Below are positions 11,520-24,603 of a stretch of 64,000 nt of DNA, in pieces (position 1 is the stretch's first letter; every line of letters starts with the position of its first letter). The DNA is taken from the NCBI RefSeq assembly GCF_001194135.2, contig NC_068987.1, positions 49,029,405 to 49,093,404 of the forward strand, read 5' to 3'. The notes under the pieces were generated by a model that was not told the DNA's origin, did not search any database, and worked only from the letters and a program-made list of their open reading frames with translations. The stretch is from Octopus bimaculoides. Lineage: Eukaryota. Both the position numbers and the translations under genes were made by a program.

Positions 11520-12655
11520 AGGCATGACTATCTGTATCAACTTCTCAACTAACACTCTCCTTGACTTCCTACATCACAGTGTTTATAACGACTGGCACAT
11601 ACCACTTGTCATGTGGGAGGGGTGTTCCATTATTACTATTATCCTCATAACACATACACATCACATGACCAAACTAGCACAGTCTTCTCTCTTGTACACA
11701 ACATCTGATGCTTCTTATACCCAGTTTTTCTCTTAAATCTTTTACACTCTGCTGTGCATGCAACTTACATTACCTGTCCAGCAGAGCATGCTGGCTTCAT
11801 TTCTTTCACGCGTTCACAAGTGCTCTGCTTTCAAAGCCCATGTTTCACTGCCATGTAACATAGCAGTATGTACATAGGCATCATATAACCTACCTTTCCC
11901 TCTGAAGGAGAGGTCCTTAGTTATCAACAAAGGCAGAAGCTCTCTGAACTTTACCCAGTCCATTATTATTCTGGCATCTACACTTTCAGAACTTCCTCCT
12001 CCACTGCTAACTTGGTCTCCTAGGTAAAAGAAACTACCTACTACTTTTAATGATTCTCCAAGCATTTGAGGAAGTCTTTTGTCTTTGCATTCTTAGTGTT
12101 TATTGTACCTGCACATTTGCAACAAACAAAGACTATTTTCTCCGTTAGCCTTCCTGTGATACTGTTACACCTCCTATGTACCCAAAGCTTGCACTGGGTA
12201 CAACGCACAGAGTTTCTATCAACACCCTTCTTACATAGCGAGCAGGGGCATTTCCCTGAAGGGACTTGTGATTTGTCTGTTTTCCTACTTACTAGGACTT
12301 TGGTTTTTACTAAATTAACTCTAAGGCCCTTAGATTCCAGGACTTGCATCTGCACATGAAATTTCTTCAGCTATAAGAACAAGCTCACCAAGGGCAGCCA
12401 GTCTTGAATTCCTCTGTTAAAGCCTGGAGGATTAAAATAAACAAGAGGAGGCTGAGAACTGAACTTGGTGAACTCCAATACACTGAATTCATTGCCACAC
12501 TTGTTGCCAACTTTCACCTTACTTGCGGCATCCCAGTACATGACTTGTACAACTCTTACTAACCACTCATTTATCCCTAGCTTCTGCACTGACCACAAGA
12601 TAAGGGAGCAGAGGGACCCTGTTAAAGGCTTTCTTCATGTCAACAAAAGACAAGT
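11520..12655 (-). mobile_element. Degraded RTE LINE fragment (RT C-terminal part)
   Basis: GLRVNLVKTKVL, GDQVSSGGG, AMLHGSETW; collinear with 6300-7500. Confidence 0.9.
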
Positions 12656-12727
12656 ACAGAGTATAAGTGTGTGCATACACATGTAGGAGGATTTGCATAC
12701 ATATTCCCATGCATATGTGAATATGTA

Positions 12728-13992
12728 CAGGGGTTGGACAAAATAATGGAAACACCTAGCATCATAGCATCATAATTTTGAAATATCTATAAAACCATCA
12801 AAAGCCTGTTTATTTTATGTTTTTTGATTTATATGCGTAATATGTTTAGCTAAAATTGCTGTTTCTTTTCAGATCTCATAAGAAAAAGGTTATTAAAATT
12901 CATTAAAATGACAGATCTATCGGACTTTCAAAGAGGTCAAATTGTTGGTGCTTGTATGGCAGGTACTAGCATAATGAAAACAGCTAAAATGTTTGATGTA
13001 ACAAGAAGTACTGTCTCAAAAGTAATGACAACCTTTGAGAAAGAGGGAAAAACCTCCTTGTCGAAACAAAACTCCGGAAGAAAACCAAAACTTTCAGAGA
13101 GTTGGACTCTTATGCTAATTGTTAGAAAGGATCACAAAAGTACAGCTCCCAAAATTACTGCAGAGCTTAATGACCACCTCGAGAACCCAGTTTTCACAAA
13201 AACCGTTCACTGGGAGTTGCACAAAGCTGGATTTCAAAAGAGGGCTGCAATCAAAAACCACAACTTTCAAAAACAAATGTTGCAAAGTGATTAGAGTGGA
13301 GTAAAAACCTACGGAATTGGTCCCTAGAGCAGTGGAAGAATGTTATTTGCTTGGACAAGTCATACTTTACCTTATTTCCGACCACCGGCCGAGTATACAT
13401 GTGGAGACAGCCAAAAGAAGCATTTGATTCAGATTGCCTTTTTCCAACTGTTAAACATGGAGGAGGATCTGTGATGATCTGGGAAGCGGGGTGCTATATC
13501 TTGGTAATCCGCCAGCCCAATGGTTTCCCCTTCATGGCAGAATTAATAGTCAAGACTATTTAAGCATTTTATCTCATCAAATTCATCTTATGCTTGCAGA
13601 ACTGTTTCCAAAGGGAAATGCAATCTTTCAGGATGATAATGCACCAATTCACACAGCTAAAGATGTTACTGAATGGCACGAGGAACATTCTAGTGAAGTT
13701 GAACATCTTATTTGGTCACCACAGTCCCCAGATCTCAATATTATTGAACATTTATGGAGCATTTTAGAAAAACAAGTAAGGAGTTGATATCCTACACTAT
13801 CATCATTACAAGAACTGGAGATTGTTTTAGCTGAAGAATGGACAAAAATTCCTTTGGAAACAATTCAAACTTTATATGAGTCCATACCTTGTAGAATTCA
13901 CGCTGTAATTACTGACAAAGGCAGTTCTACCCCATGTTAAGATAAATTTGTTTGAAATTTTAAGGTGTTTCCATTATTTTCTCCAACCCCTG
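12728..13992 (+). mobile_element. Full-length Tc1-family transposon, DD36E spacing, defective transposase
   Basis: 30-bp TIRs with 1 mismatch (caggggttgga[c/g]aaaataatggaaacacct) and TA on both sides. Split ORFs: paired-like HTH 12908-13294, KHGGGSVMIW, FQDDNAPIH...WSPQSPDLNIIE. Confidence 0.95.
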
Positions 13993-14310
13993 TATATATG
14001 TATGTATGTATGTTGATACTATATGTGTGTATTTGTATGTGTGCATCTGTAATATCTATATGTGTGTGTGTGTATATACATACACATATACATACATACA
14101 GGCATACGGATTCAAATTCATGCATCTAATATCTACATACAAATATACATATTCACACATGCATGGGAATATGTGCAAATACTTCCACATGTGTATACAC
14201 ACGCTTATATACTTATCTTTTGATACACATAGATAGATTACAAGTGCCCTCTCTTTTTCCCTCTCTCTTTTTCTTTCTTTTCCTCTGTCACTCTCTCTCT
14301 CTTTCTCCCT

Positions 14311-14351
<41 letters not shown>

Positions 14352-14410
14352 TGTGTGCTTGCACTCACATATCCACATGCGTACACACATTCACATACAG
14401 ATACATGAAT

Positions 14411-14443
<33 letters not shown>

Positions 14444-14589
14444 CATGCATGCATGCATTTGGAATATATATATACATGCAATCATATTAACAAATGTACA
14501 CTCATGAATGAAATGATTAACTGTATCTTTATACATACATACATACATACATACATACACACATACATACATACATGCATGCATACATG

Positions 14590-14742
14590 TGATGGGTTTC
14601 TTTCAGTTTCTGCATACCGAATACAAGTCTTTGGTTGGCTTAGGGCTGTAGTAGAAGACACTTGGTCAAGGTTCCATACGGTGGGACTGAACCCGGAACC
14701 ATATGGTTGTGAGGCAAACTTCTTACTACACAACCATACCTG
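14590..14742 (-). mobile_element. tRNA-CORE SINE head; further copies at 30420-30580(-), 36955-37085(+), 40690-40950(+), 42662-42820(+) and 46770-46930(-)
   Basis: Reverse complement gives gtgtagtaag...ccgggttcagtcccac...accttgaccaagtgtcttctac; B box plus CORE-like accttgggcaagt. Confidence 0.8.
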
Positions 14743-14782
14743 AAGTAAAACCTGTTTAAATGCTGCGTGACCTAAGTCACAC

Positions 14783-14813
<31 letters not shown>

Positions 14814-15779
14814 TCATTCGTATGAGTTCATATTCATGAGTTTTTATTCGGATTCACCATTCTGTCATGCATTCCTTTTAATTACAGATGTTTGTTGAAC
14901 CTGGAATGTGGAATATTGTCATAATATTTGTTATCTTTTCATATCTATTTACTAAATAGTTGGGTAAGTTTGAGGCTGTCCAATGTCAGGAGACCAACTA
15001 TAGTGATCTTGCCCTTATATATATATATATATATATATATTACCATATATGGTCATGCTAATTCATTCATTATAACAACTCTGCCATATCCAGTTACCAC
15101 TAATAAGTAAAAAATGTATATCTTTATTTGTTGTAGTTTTATTTTTATTATTTCAGTTCAAATTTTATGAGAAACGTGAGAGAGGGAGAGGAGACAAGAA
15201 GGGAGAGAGAGGAGATGGAAGGGAGAGGGGGAAGAGAGAGAGAGAAAGGAAGGAAGAGAGAGAAGGAAGAAAGATTAGAAGGAAGTGGGAGAGGAGGAGG
15301 AAAAAAGAGAAGAGAGAGGAGGAGTGGAGGAGAGAGAAGTGTAGAGAGAGGAAGGTGGGAGAGAGAAAAGAAGAAAAAGAGAGAGACTGAAAGCAAACAA
15401 GTTGTAATGTTTTGTTGGAACGTTTTTTAAAAGTGTAAACTTCAAATATGTGTGTGTATATGCGTGTATGTATGTATATACACACACATACACACACGCA
15501 TGCACTCACACATACGTGTGCACTCACGCAAATGTGTGCACTCACACACACACAAGTACATAGCTTGTTTTATAAACAGAATATTGTTTCAATGAAATAT
15601 ATACTTATACATACATGAATGTATGTGTGTGCATTTGTGTGTTTATGCGTTTGTGTATATGTATATATATATATGTATAAATATATATATGTAATGTATG
15701 CATTTCTCTCTCTTTCTCTTTCCTTCTCTCCCTATATATACATACATATATACATACATACATACATATATATATATAC

Positions 15780-15831
<52 letters not shown>

Positions 15832-15835
<4 letters not shown>

Positions 15836-15985
15836 TCATCATCATCGTCGTCGTCGTTTAACGTCCGCTTTCCATGCTAGCATGGGTTGGACGATTTGAT
15901 AGAGGACTGGTGGACCAGGAGGTGACACCAGGCTCCAATCTGATTTGTCAGAGTTTCTACAGCTGGATGCCTTTCCTATCTTGAG
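15832..15985 (-). mobile_element. Short RTE-tail copy; others at 29185-29360, 29375-29600, 44215-44295 and 53395-53540 (all -), 39600-39830(+) and 46985-47237(+)
   Basis: (cat)n-cgtttaacgtccgctttccatgctagcatgggttggacgatttga. Confidence 0.9.
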
Positions 15986-16019
15986 TGGATTGAAGAAAAA
16001 ATAGTATCAGCAACTAGAG

Positions 16020-16830
16020 ATGTGCAATAATTATAACTACTGAAGCAGCTGGAAGAACAACAGAACAAGCAGATAGAAAGAAAGGGAATAACCTGGCCAA
16101 TTCATGCAACAAACTGAGGATGTTGGAAGTAAAGAATGGTGGTTATGGCTGCTGGATAGGGAAATGAGAGACCAAAGTACTAATTATATAGCTGCTGAAA
16201 AACAAGAATCAGTTAAAGCCAAAGATTGACAAAACTTAGTCAGATAGCAAATGTAGAATCTTCAGGAAAGAAGATGACAGCATGATTGAGTGATTGCAAT
16301 AAGTGAGTTCATGACTGTGTAGATGAAAGAGTGCATTGGGATTTTAGCCAAATATGTGGCTTCAAAGCAACAGGAAAGTGGTATGAACACAAAGCAGAGG
16401 CTGTGATAGAAAATGAGAATTACAGGATCTTATGGGACTTCTCCATAAAGACTGACCATACAACTGAAGTAAGACAACGTGATATCATTATAGAGGACAA
16501 AACAAACAAACAGTGCAAGGTCCTAGACTACAATTCCCAATGATAATTGAGTAGATACCAAAGAAATTTTTAAAATTGAGAAATATCAGGATCTAGCCCC
16601 AAAGTTGAAGAAACTGTAGAAGAATAAGACAACAATTATTCCAATGGTAATTGGTGCACTTAGCACAACCCCCAAAATGCTGCCTAAAAGATTGAAAGAT
16701 ATTGGAATTGAAACTCACATTATCAACATGCAGAAAGTACCATCTTATATTCTGCTAGAATCTGAAGAAAGATTCTTAAGATTTGAGGAGACTTGTCACC
16801 AAACCTCAAGATAACATTGTTGCTAATTAA
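16020..16830 (+). mobile_element. R4/Dong-like non-LTR element, 3' part with restriction-like endonuclease
   Basis: HWDFSQICGF..KWYEHK..IENENYRILWDFSIKTD; EKYQDLAPKLK; IPMVIGALS. Confidence 0.85.
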
Positions 16831-16884
16831 GATTAGCATGTATTAGCTTGATGATCGTGATGCTGATGGAGATGATGATAATGA

Positions 16885-17330
16885 TAATGCTTGGTCCTGG
16901 GCAGCGATAATTAAGCTTTTAGTTTTCTTTTTAGGCTTTTGACCGTCTTCCTTTAGGCTTTTTGGCATTCTGCAGAGATTTGTTGCACTTGTGTAGTATA
17001 TATCCCTCTTCATAGGGTTGGTATTCAATACCTGGTCCTGGGCAGTGATGATTAGGCTTTCAGTATTCTTTTTAAGGTCACTTTTGCTGAGTCACATCCG
17101 TGATACTTCCTGGTCTTTTATGTTGTTACTCTCACAATGGAACTGACCATATAATTCCATGTGGAGTTGTGTTTCTTCTCTCACATTGGCCATTCATGAT
17201 CAGAATTCACTGTAGCAGGTCTTGTTTACCAAATACTCTGTCATGTTGCTTCTTTCAATGTTGATGCACTCCCATATGCTAGGTGGACATGGTCTGGTTA
17301 GTGTACAGGAGTGTCTTGAGAATAAAAGAA
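16885..17330 (-). mobile_element. R4/Dong-like fragment (pre-zinc-finger region) with a duplicated AAQDQAL segment
   Basis: LYGQF...WLSKSDLKKNTESLIITAQDQVLNTN...CR..., then KTKSLIIAAQDQAL again. Confidence 0.75.
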
Positions 17331-18039
17331 GAAATATGATGGGAGGTGGTTAGTTGGTTACACCAAATTCAGTTCTTGGCTGGTACTTATTTTATTGACC
17401 CCAAAAGGATGAAAGGCAAAATTGACTGCAGTGGTATTTGAACTCAAATCAATTGTTACTTTATCAACTTTGAAGTTGATAAATAAAGTAACAGTTGATA
17501 AAAGGTAAAGTCGACTCAGGTGTGATTTGAACTCATTCAGAGTACAGAGGTCCCAGCTGAATAGCATAATTCATTTTATCTGATGCTCTGATGACTCTAG
17601 GAAATTTAACACACACACACACGCATGCATGCACACACACACACACATATTAAGGCAGAAAAAGAGAAAAAGTAGGTGTAGAAAAGACTGACAGACAGCT
17701 CAATATTAGAGAGATAGAGAGGTATGATTATAGGTGTATGTGCGTGTGTATATGTATATATATATATAAATACTAAAGGAAACAGAAATACAATTGACAT
17801 ATTAAAAATTTATTAACATTATACTATAAAAAAATATAATATAATATGATATAATATAATATAACAAATAATTAAAACAAATATATATCCTACAATTTGT
17901 TTCGATTAATATCCACTAGTGAATTTATAAAAATTCACTTTCATGCATATGAGTCCCATCAGGGTAATATTTGTCTAAAAAATAGACAAAAAAATTTATG
18001 CAAGGACTGTTAAATCATAAGATTTTATGACTTAGCAGC

Positions 18040-18430
18040 CCTTGCATGATAATCAACATAACATGTCCCAGTGACAACAGAATCAAAGAGAAAGAAGAAG
18101 AAAAACTGAACAACTATGATGACTTAAAGTGGGAAATATGAAGGTTGTGGTCAATGAGGAGAGTAGATGTAATACCAATAATAATTGGCGCACTTGGAAA
18201 TATCAGCGCTCAGCTACCAACATGGCTCAAAAAGATTAGTACAAATGTAAAGATAGAGCATCTCCTCCAAAAATCAGCATTGCTTGGAAGTGCAAGAATT
18301 CCTTGCAGGGTGCTTGAAGCATGATTAGTAAACAAGTATCACCTTAGTTTGCTGGCTGTGGACAGCTGACACTTTCCATCATACCCAGCATAATAAGCTG
18401 AGAGTTTTCATCAAATAATAATGATAATTA
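18040..18430 (+). mobile_element. R4/Dong-like 3' end with TAA-type tail
   Basis: CPSDNRIKEKEEEKLNNYDDLKWEI*RLW...IPIIIGALG...QKSALLGSARI; ends taataatgataat. Confidence 0.85.
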
Positions 18431-20329
18431 CACACACACACACACGCGCGCGCGCGCGCGCGCTCGCGCTCTTGAGTTCTGTCAGTCTCCATCTACTAAA
18501 TCTCTTCAAATAAGTAACCCATTTTTCCTTACCAATGTAAGAAATCACTACTAAATTCTGTTGGAGTTTCCTGATGCTTTTACATCAGGAAAACATTAAG
18601 AAACCTCTATAAATCATATCATATTTTGATGTGTTTGCTTTTTAGAAAAAATGTCTCTACCACTTCTTAATTCTCTGTGATCTGACGCAATTGATATTAA
18701 TGAATACTCCAATTCCTCTATGAATGACATAACACTGTTTTCTCTCTTTAACTGATTTTTTTTTTAATGTTTTTTTAAATCATTTTTGTCTGTTTTAGAG
18801 AGCCTCATAGCAGTCAAGTTCTTGAGTTATGTCATTTGGTGTCTTCTGCCACTTCACTCTCCTGCTTCAGTTTGTTTGTCTCTGTGCCTTGATCTGTCTC
18901 TTTGTCTTGCCCTAGTTTCTATTATGTTCCTTACTCTCTTTCTCTCTCTTATAAGGGAATGTGTGTGCATGTGTTTTGTATGTATGTATGTATGTATGTG
19001 CATGTGTATATGTGTATATGTGCATTATTTATGCGTATATGTATGTATCATAATCATCATTTAATCTCCATGTTCCATACTGGCACAGGTAGTGGAGTTT
19101 GACAGGATTTGATGGGCCTGAGGACTACATCATGCTGCAGTGTCTGTTTGGGATGGGTTTTTTATGACTGGATGCCCTTCCTAATGCCACCCAAATTACA
19201 ACATGTACTAGGTACTTTTTTCATGCTACCATCACTAGTGAAATCACTATGAAACTTGCAAGACTACAAACCTCAAGTGGGGAGGGGGAAGTTTATGCCA
19301 ACAGAATTAGGAGTAGAGATGGATAAAGTATGAAAGATAAGGACTGGAATAGAATAGATTTCTTATAGAGAAGGTACATGACTGCTCACAGTTTAGAAGA
19401 GAGGGTGGTGGAGTAAAACTAGAAAGTGATATAAGTGGTGGTGAGGTGACAGAGTGGACCTTCAAGATACAAGGTGGGTTGGAATGAGTAGGTAAGAGGT
19501 TCCAGAAGTGAGTAAGAAGAATAGGGGATGTCTGATAGTGAGTAAGAGGAGTAGGAGATGTCTGATAGTAGGAGATGTTCAAAAGTATTGTTAAATTTAG
19601 TAGTGTTAGCAGTGTCAGTAACATAAGTTATAAACAAGTCGACATGGTAGGCAAACACAAATAGAAAAAAAATAAGACAAGTAAAATAACAAGAAAAATT
19701 GAGGTCTCTAGAGTGAATGGTAAACAGATGAGTTATGAGGAAAACAAGAAAAAATATGTAAGGGGATCTCCATCAGTCCAGGTAGATTGTACATCATACA
19801 TGTCTGCAGATATGTACAAGATTGGGCAAAATTTTTCTTTTAGAAAGACAGATAGTTGTCTATGCATGATGTAAGTCTCTCTTCTTCATGAGACCAAGCT
19901 TATCTAAGAGAAAGATTGCTTGTGTTGGATGCTCCAGCTTGGCATCAGTTTTCTTGCAGATTTTGCTATCAGAACAGAAAGAGCCAGAATAGATATTGCA
20001 AGGCATCTTGCCCTATTCTCTAATGGTTCTGCCAATCTACTATAAATCCCATGAGGATAAAAGGCAAACTTGATCTGGGTGGGATTTGAACTCAGAATCA
20101 TGAGAATCAGAATAAATAGTGTGATACATTCTGGCCAATGCTCTGACAACTCTGTTTATTTACTCCCTTGATGATGATAACTATGACAATGATGTCATAG
20201 TCGTACTGTTGCCAATGCCTATATTACCTATGCCAACATCTATGCTGACACTGACAGCTATGTCACTGCCAACGTTGATAAATTGATGATGATTTATGAT
20301 AAGATACAGATCCATTTTCGGATCTGAAA

Positions 20330-20635
20330 TTATCCCTTTGAGGTACAAGTATCCCTCTGAGGTACAAGTCCAGGCAATGCTGTTTGTGGAAGACCAGCAG
20401 TCACCAATGCATACAAGTCTCCCTTCACCGATGTTGTCCAAGGAAGAGACAAAGGCTGAGACAGCTTGGCATCAGTGACATCGCAACTCATTTCTACAAC
20501 TGAGAGAACTGGATCAATGTGAAATAAAGTGTCTTTCTTGTTCAAAAACACAACACACAGCCTGGTCCAGGAAACTCACAAACTCACGATTGTAAGCCCA
20601 ATGCTCTAACCATTGAGCCATGTGCGTTCACTTAT
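20330..20635 (-). mobile_element. tRNA-derived SINE, third family
   Basis: Reverse complement head gcacatggctcaatggttagagc...gtgagttt; CORE/Meta-like aagacactttatttcac segment. Confidence 0.6.
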
Positions 20636-21169
20636 AATAACAAAATTTATCTTTGTAAGAAACAAACCCAATTTTAGTGAGTAGAAGAGATATAATCAGT
20701 TGGATCAGTACTAAATGTTTTCAATCAGTTAATAAATCAATATTTTACTTATTATGTTAAAGATGAATAATATGAATTGATTTTAAGTGCTTCATGTTTT
20801 ATTAAAATTTCCATTAATGAGGGAGTTTCTCACCTTGACTTCAATAGAAACTTGAATGATTAAATGCAAGATGTCAAGTTCATTTCCCTCTCAAGACCAT
20901 GAGGATACAAGAAAGGGAAGATTGTTTTTCTATTCATTGAAATTGCACAGCAGATTTGATTGGTCCAAAGCTCATTGCGTTCCTAATGATTTTGCCATTA
21001 TTTATGCATATCCACTTAAAATATGCATGTCTATATATTGACTTGTCTACACATGCAGTCTGCATACCTGTCCAACTAAATACAAATAGCTGCACATGTT
21101 TACACATGACTTATAGAGAAAGATTGCATAAATGCAAACATGTATACATATATATATATGCAAATATAT

Positions 21170-21510
21170 CATCATCCTCATCATCATCGTTTAACGTCCG
21201 CCCTCCATGCTAGCATGGGTTGGACGATTTGACTGAGGACTGGCGAACCAGATGGCTACACCAAGCTCCAATCTGATTTGGCAGAGTTTCTACAGCTGGA
21301 TGTCCTCCGAGAGTGTAGTGGGTGCTTTTACGTGCCACCAGCACGAAGGCCAGTCAGGCGGTACTGGCAACGGCCATGCTCAAAATGGTCTATTTTACGT
21401 GCCACCTGCACAGGAACCAGTCCAGTGGCACTGGCAACGATCTCACTAGAATGTTTTTTCACGTGCCACCGGCACAAGTGCCAGTAAGGTGACGCTGCTA
21501 ACGATCCTGC
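21170..21510 (-). mobile_element. RTE 3'UTR copy, young subfamily
   Basis: Tail plus three gtgc...tttacgtgccacc units; candidate TSD tgcaaatatat at 21159-21169 and 21667-21677. Confidence 0.9.
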
Positions 21511-21568
21511 TCAATAATAATGATAATAACATAATAATAATAACAACATTGAAAAACACCCTATGAGA

Positions 21569-21663
<95 letters not shown>

Positions 21664-21689
21664 GTGTGCAAATATATATATATATGGAC

Positions 21690-22480
21690 GTGGTTGATAG
21701 CTTCTGATATTTGGGTGACCAAGTTAGTAGTGGGGGTGGGTGCACTGAAAGTGTAGCTGCTAGAATAAGAATAGCTTGGGCAAAGTTCAGAGAGCTCTTA
21801 CCTCTGCTGGCGATAAAGTTCCTCTCACTCAGAGTAAAAGGCAGACTGTATGATGCATGTGTACGAACAACCATGCTACATGGCAGTGAAACATGGGCCA
21901 TGACTGCTGAGGACATGCATAGGCTCGCAAGGAATGAAGCCAGTATGCTCCGATGGATGAGTAATGTCAGTGTGCATACTCAACAGAGTGTAAGTACCTT
22001 GAGAGAAAAGTTGAACCTAAGAAGCATCAGATGTGGTGTGCAAGAGAGACGATTGCGCTGGTATGGTTATGTGGCGAGAATGGATTAGGATAGCTGTGTA
22101 AAAAAGTGTCATAGCCTAGCGGTTGAGGGAACCTGTGGAAGAAGTATACCCAGGAAGACCTGGGATGAGCTGGTGAAGCACAACGTTTGAACATTAGGCC
22201 TCACCAAGGCAATGACTAGTGACCGAGACCTTTGGAAATATGCTGTGTGTGAGAAGACCCAGAAAGACAAGTGAGACAATAACCCGTGGCCTTTACCAGG
22301 GGTGTGGCCAGCCCACTTATGCGTACCTTTCCTTCTTTGGACACAAAACTCTGCTTGTGAAGACCTGTTGAGGCAAGTAAATCCAAATCAAATTCGAAAT
22401 CGAACCAAATTCGACGACTGGCACCCATGCCAACCTTCCTTCATTGGACACTAAACTCTGCTTGCGAAGACCTGCTGGGA
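21690..22480 (+). mobile_element. RTE LINE fragment: ORF end and proximal 3'UTR
   Basis: GDQVSSGGGCTESVAARIRIAWAKFRELLPLL...HGSETW...RLRWYGYVARM; about 88% to 31400-32246(-). Confidence 0.93.
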
Positions 22481-24259
22481 CTACACTAACATCAAGAGAA
22501 GAGAGCTTAGATAACAGTATATGGTTTAAGACATTGAAAATACAATAATAAGTGTATTGAGAATTTCAAGCCATCGGCCCTTACTCTTATCATATGACAC
22601 ACCTATGAGAGAGCTTCTAAGCAATCACTCAACATAAATAATCACCCTACATAAATAGCAGTGAGATTTCTCTAGAATTACACACTAACTTATTAAAAAA
22701 CAAATGGAGAGACAAAATAGCCGAAAAGCCACTGACATTAGGTTTGCATGATCAGGGCTGACTAAAATTAAACAAAAACAACAGCAGCTATCATATGAAA
22801 TAAAGTGGCACACAGAGGTACCTTATATCTCACAGTGTTTTTGGTGTCATAATTAGATTTAAAAAAAATTTAAATGATGGTTGAACTGTTAAACATCTGT
22901 TCTAAACTGAACATTCATCTCTTTATCATTAATTTATAAAACCTGAAAAATGTTCACTTGCCAAATTATAAATCACCATCATCATCATCATCATCATCAT
23001 CACCATCACCATCACCATCACCAGTTCACCGTCACCACCACTGTTGTTCTCAGCATTGTTAGCATTGGCATTGGTGTTGGCGTTGTCATCATAATAATGT
23101 AATGTCAACTTTCTTTGCTTGGTATGACTTGAACTGGTTCTCACAGTCTAAGTCGGTTTTTAACTTGAATGCTTCATTTTTTGCTCAGCTTCTATGACTT
23201 CATGCCCTTCCATTTACCATCCGTATTACAGAGTATACAAAAGTGCATTTTATCATTGTTATCATATATTTGACAAGACTTAGGGTCCACTTCACCCTAT
23301 GTTGTCTCTGCTCATTCACCAACCACTTCACATAGTGTATTTTATCACTGCTCCAGTACTACTGAAGTTGCCTTGTATCCTATAAAACTGGAGGTCCTCA
23401 CTTCTCAATGATGAAATATGCTGAGATGCTGTTTTTAATATTACTCCAGAAAATAAATTCAAAATATGCTTTTTGTTGTATATGTATTCTTTCAAGCACC
23501 CAGAGAAAAAGTTTTCACAAGTTCACCCCCTCACAACTTGGTTGTGTCTTTTATAGTGCTACAAAGGAGACCAAATCTTTTGAACATTCTTTAGGATTAA
23601 ATATGTTCCATAGAAAGAAGTTGTGTTCATGGATGTAGGCAAAAAAGACAATAGTAGTATTGTTTAGCCCAAGGTCAACCCAAAGTTAGCTCTGACTAAA
23701 TAAACCTACAATCATCACAGAGTAAACAAAGAATTTGAAGTCAGAGGGTAGAGAAGTGGAACAAATATCACAGATATTTTATTCAACACTCTAGTGACAA
23801 CATCATCGTCATCATCATCATCATTGTTTGATGTTCACTTTCCATACTGGCATGGGTTGGACAGTTTGACAGGAGCTGACCAAGCAGAAGACTGCACCAG
23901 AATTCTGTGTCTGTTTTAGCATTGTCTTCACAGCTGGATGCCCTTCCTAACACCAACTATCCTGCACAATGGACTGAGTACTTTTTACATAGGACCAACA
24001 CTGGCAGGGTCACCAAGTAATTTGCAAGATGAAGATCCTTTAAGAGGGGAGGGAGCATTGGAGGAGGTGATCTTGTGCCAGATGATGGAAGGTTAGAGTG
24101 AAAGAGAGACAGAAACAGGTGTCTTGCTGTAGTGGAAGTACATTGTTGCCCAACCAGAGAAAGAGAGAGAGAGAGAGAGGGCAGGGAGATAGCAAGTGTG
24201 CAAGAGAGAGTAGGAGAGAGATGGTGTCAAAATGTCAGGGGATCAGAATATAAATAGGA

Positions 24260-24290
<31 letters not shown>

Positions 24291-24294
<4 letters not shown>

Positions 24295-24603
24295 ATAAAG
24301 GATCATCGGTAAGGCCAGAACAATGCCAAGTAAATGCAAGGCAAATCACAAGAAAACAAATATATGAATTAATGTAGACTTATCTTGCATTCAATATGTC
24401 CACTCCATACATGTTCACTCCACACCCGCTCACACACACACACACGCACATAGGCAACATACGTTAATTTCTTGAAGATGGAGTCATAACCCCAAAATAT
24501 TGAATGCAAGGTAAGTCTACATTAATTCATATATTTGTTTTCTTGTGATTTGCTTTGCCTTTACTTTGCATTGTTCTGGCCTTACCCACAATCCTTTATA
24601 CAA
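24291..24603. repeat. Foldback: ~107-bp arms (24291-24397 / 24497-24603), ~100-nt loop
   Basis: Arms reverse-complement at about 92%; decayed hammerhead-like motif at 24469-24504. Confidence 0.93.

Noticed and set aside
18430-18472. (CA)n(CG)n Z-DNA-prone tract; also GA/CT tracts at 15170-15390 and 36520-36670
   Set aside because: Simple-repeat drift with no evidence of function.
20832-20885. Minus-strand 54-nt candidate exon (GNELDILHLIIQVSIEVK) with an aag|gtgaga donor
   Set aside because: No recognisable homology or partner exons; expected by chance.
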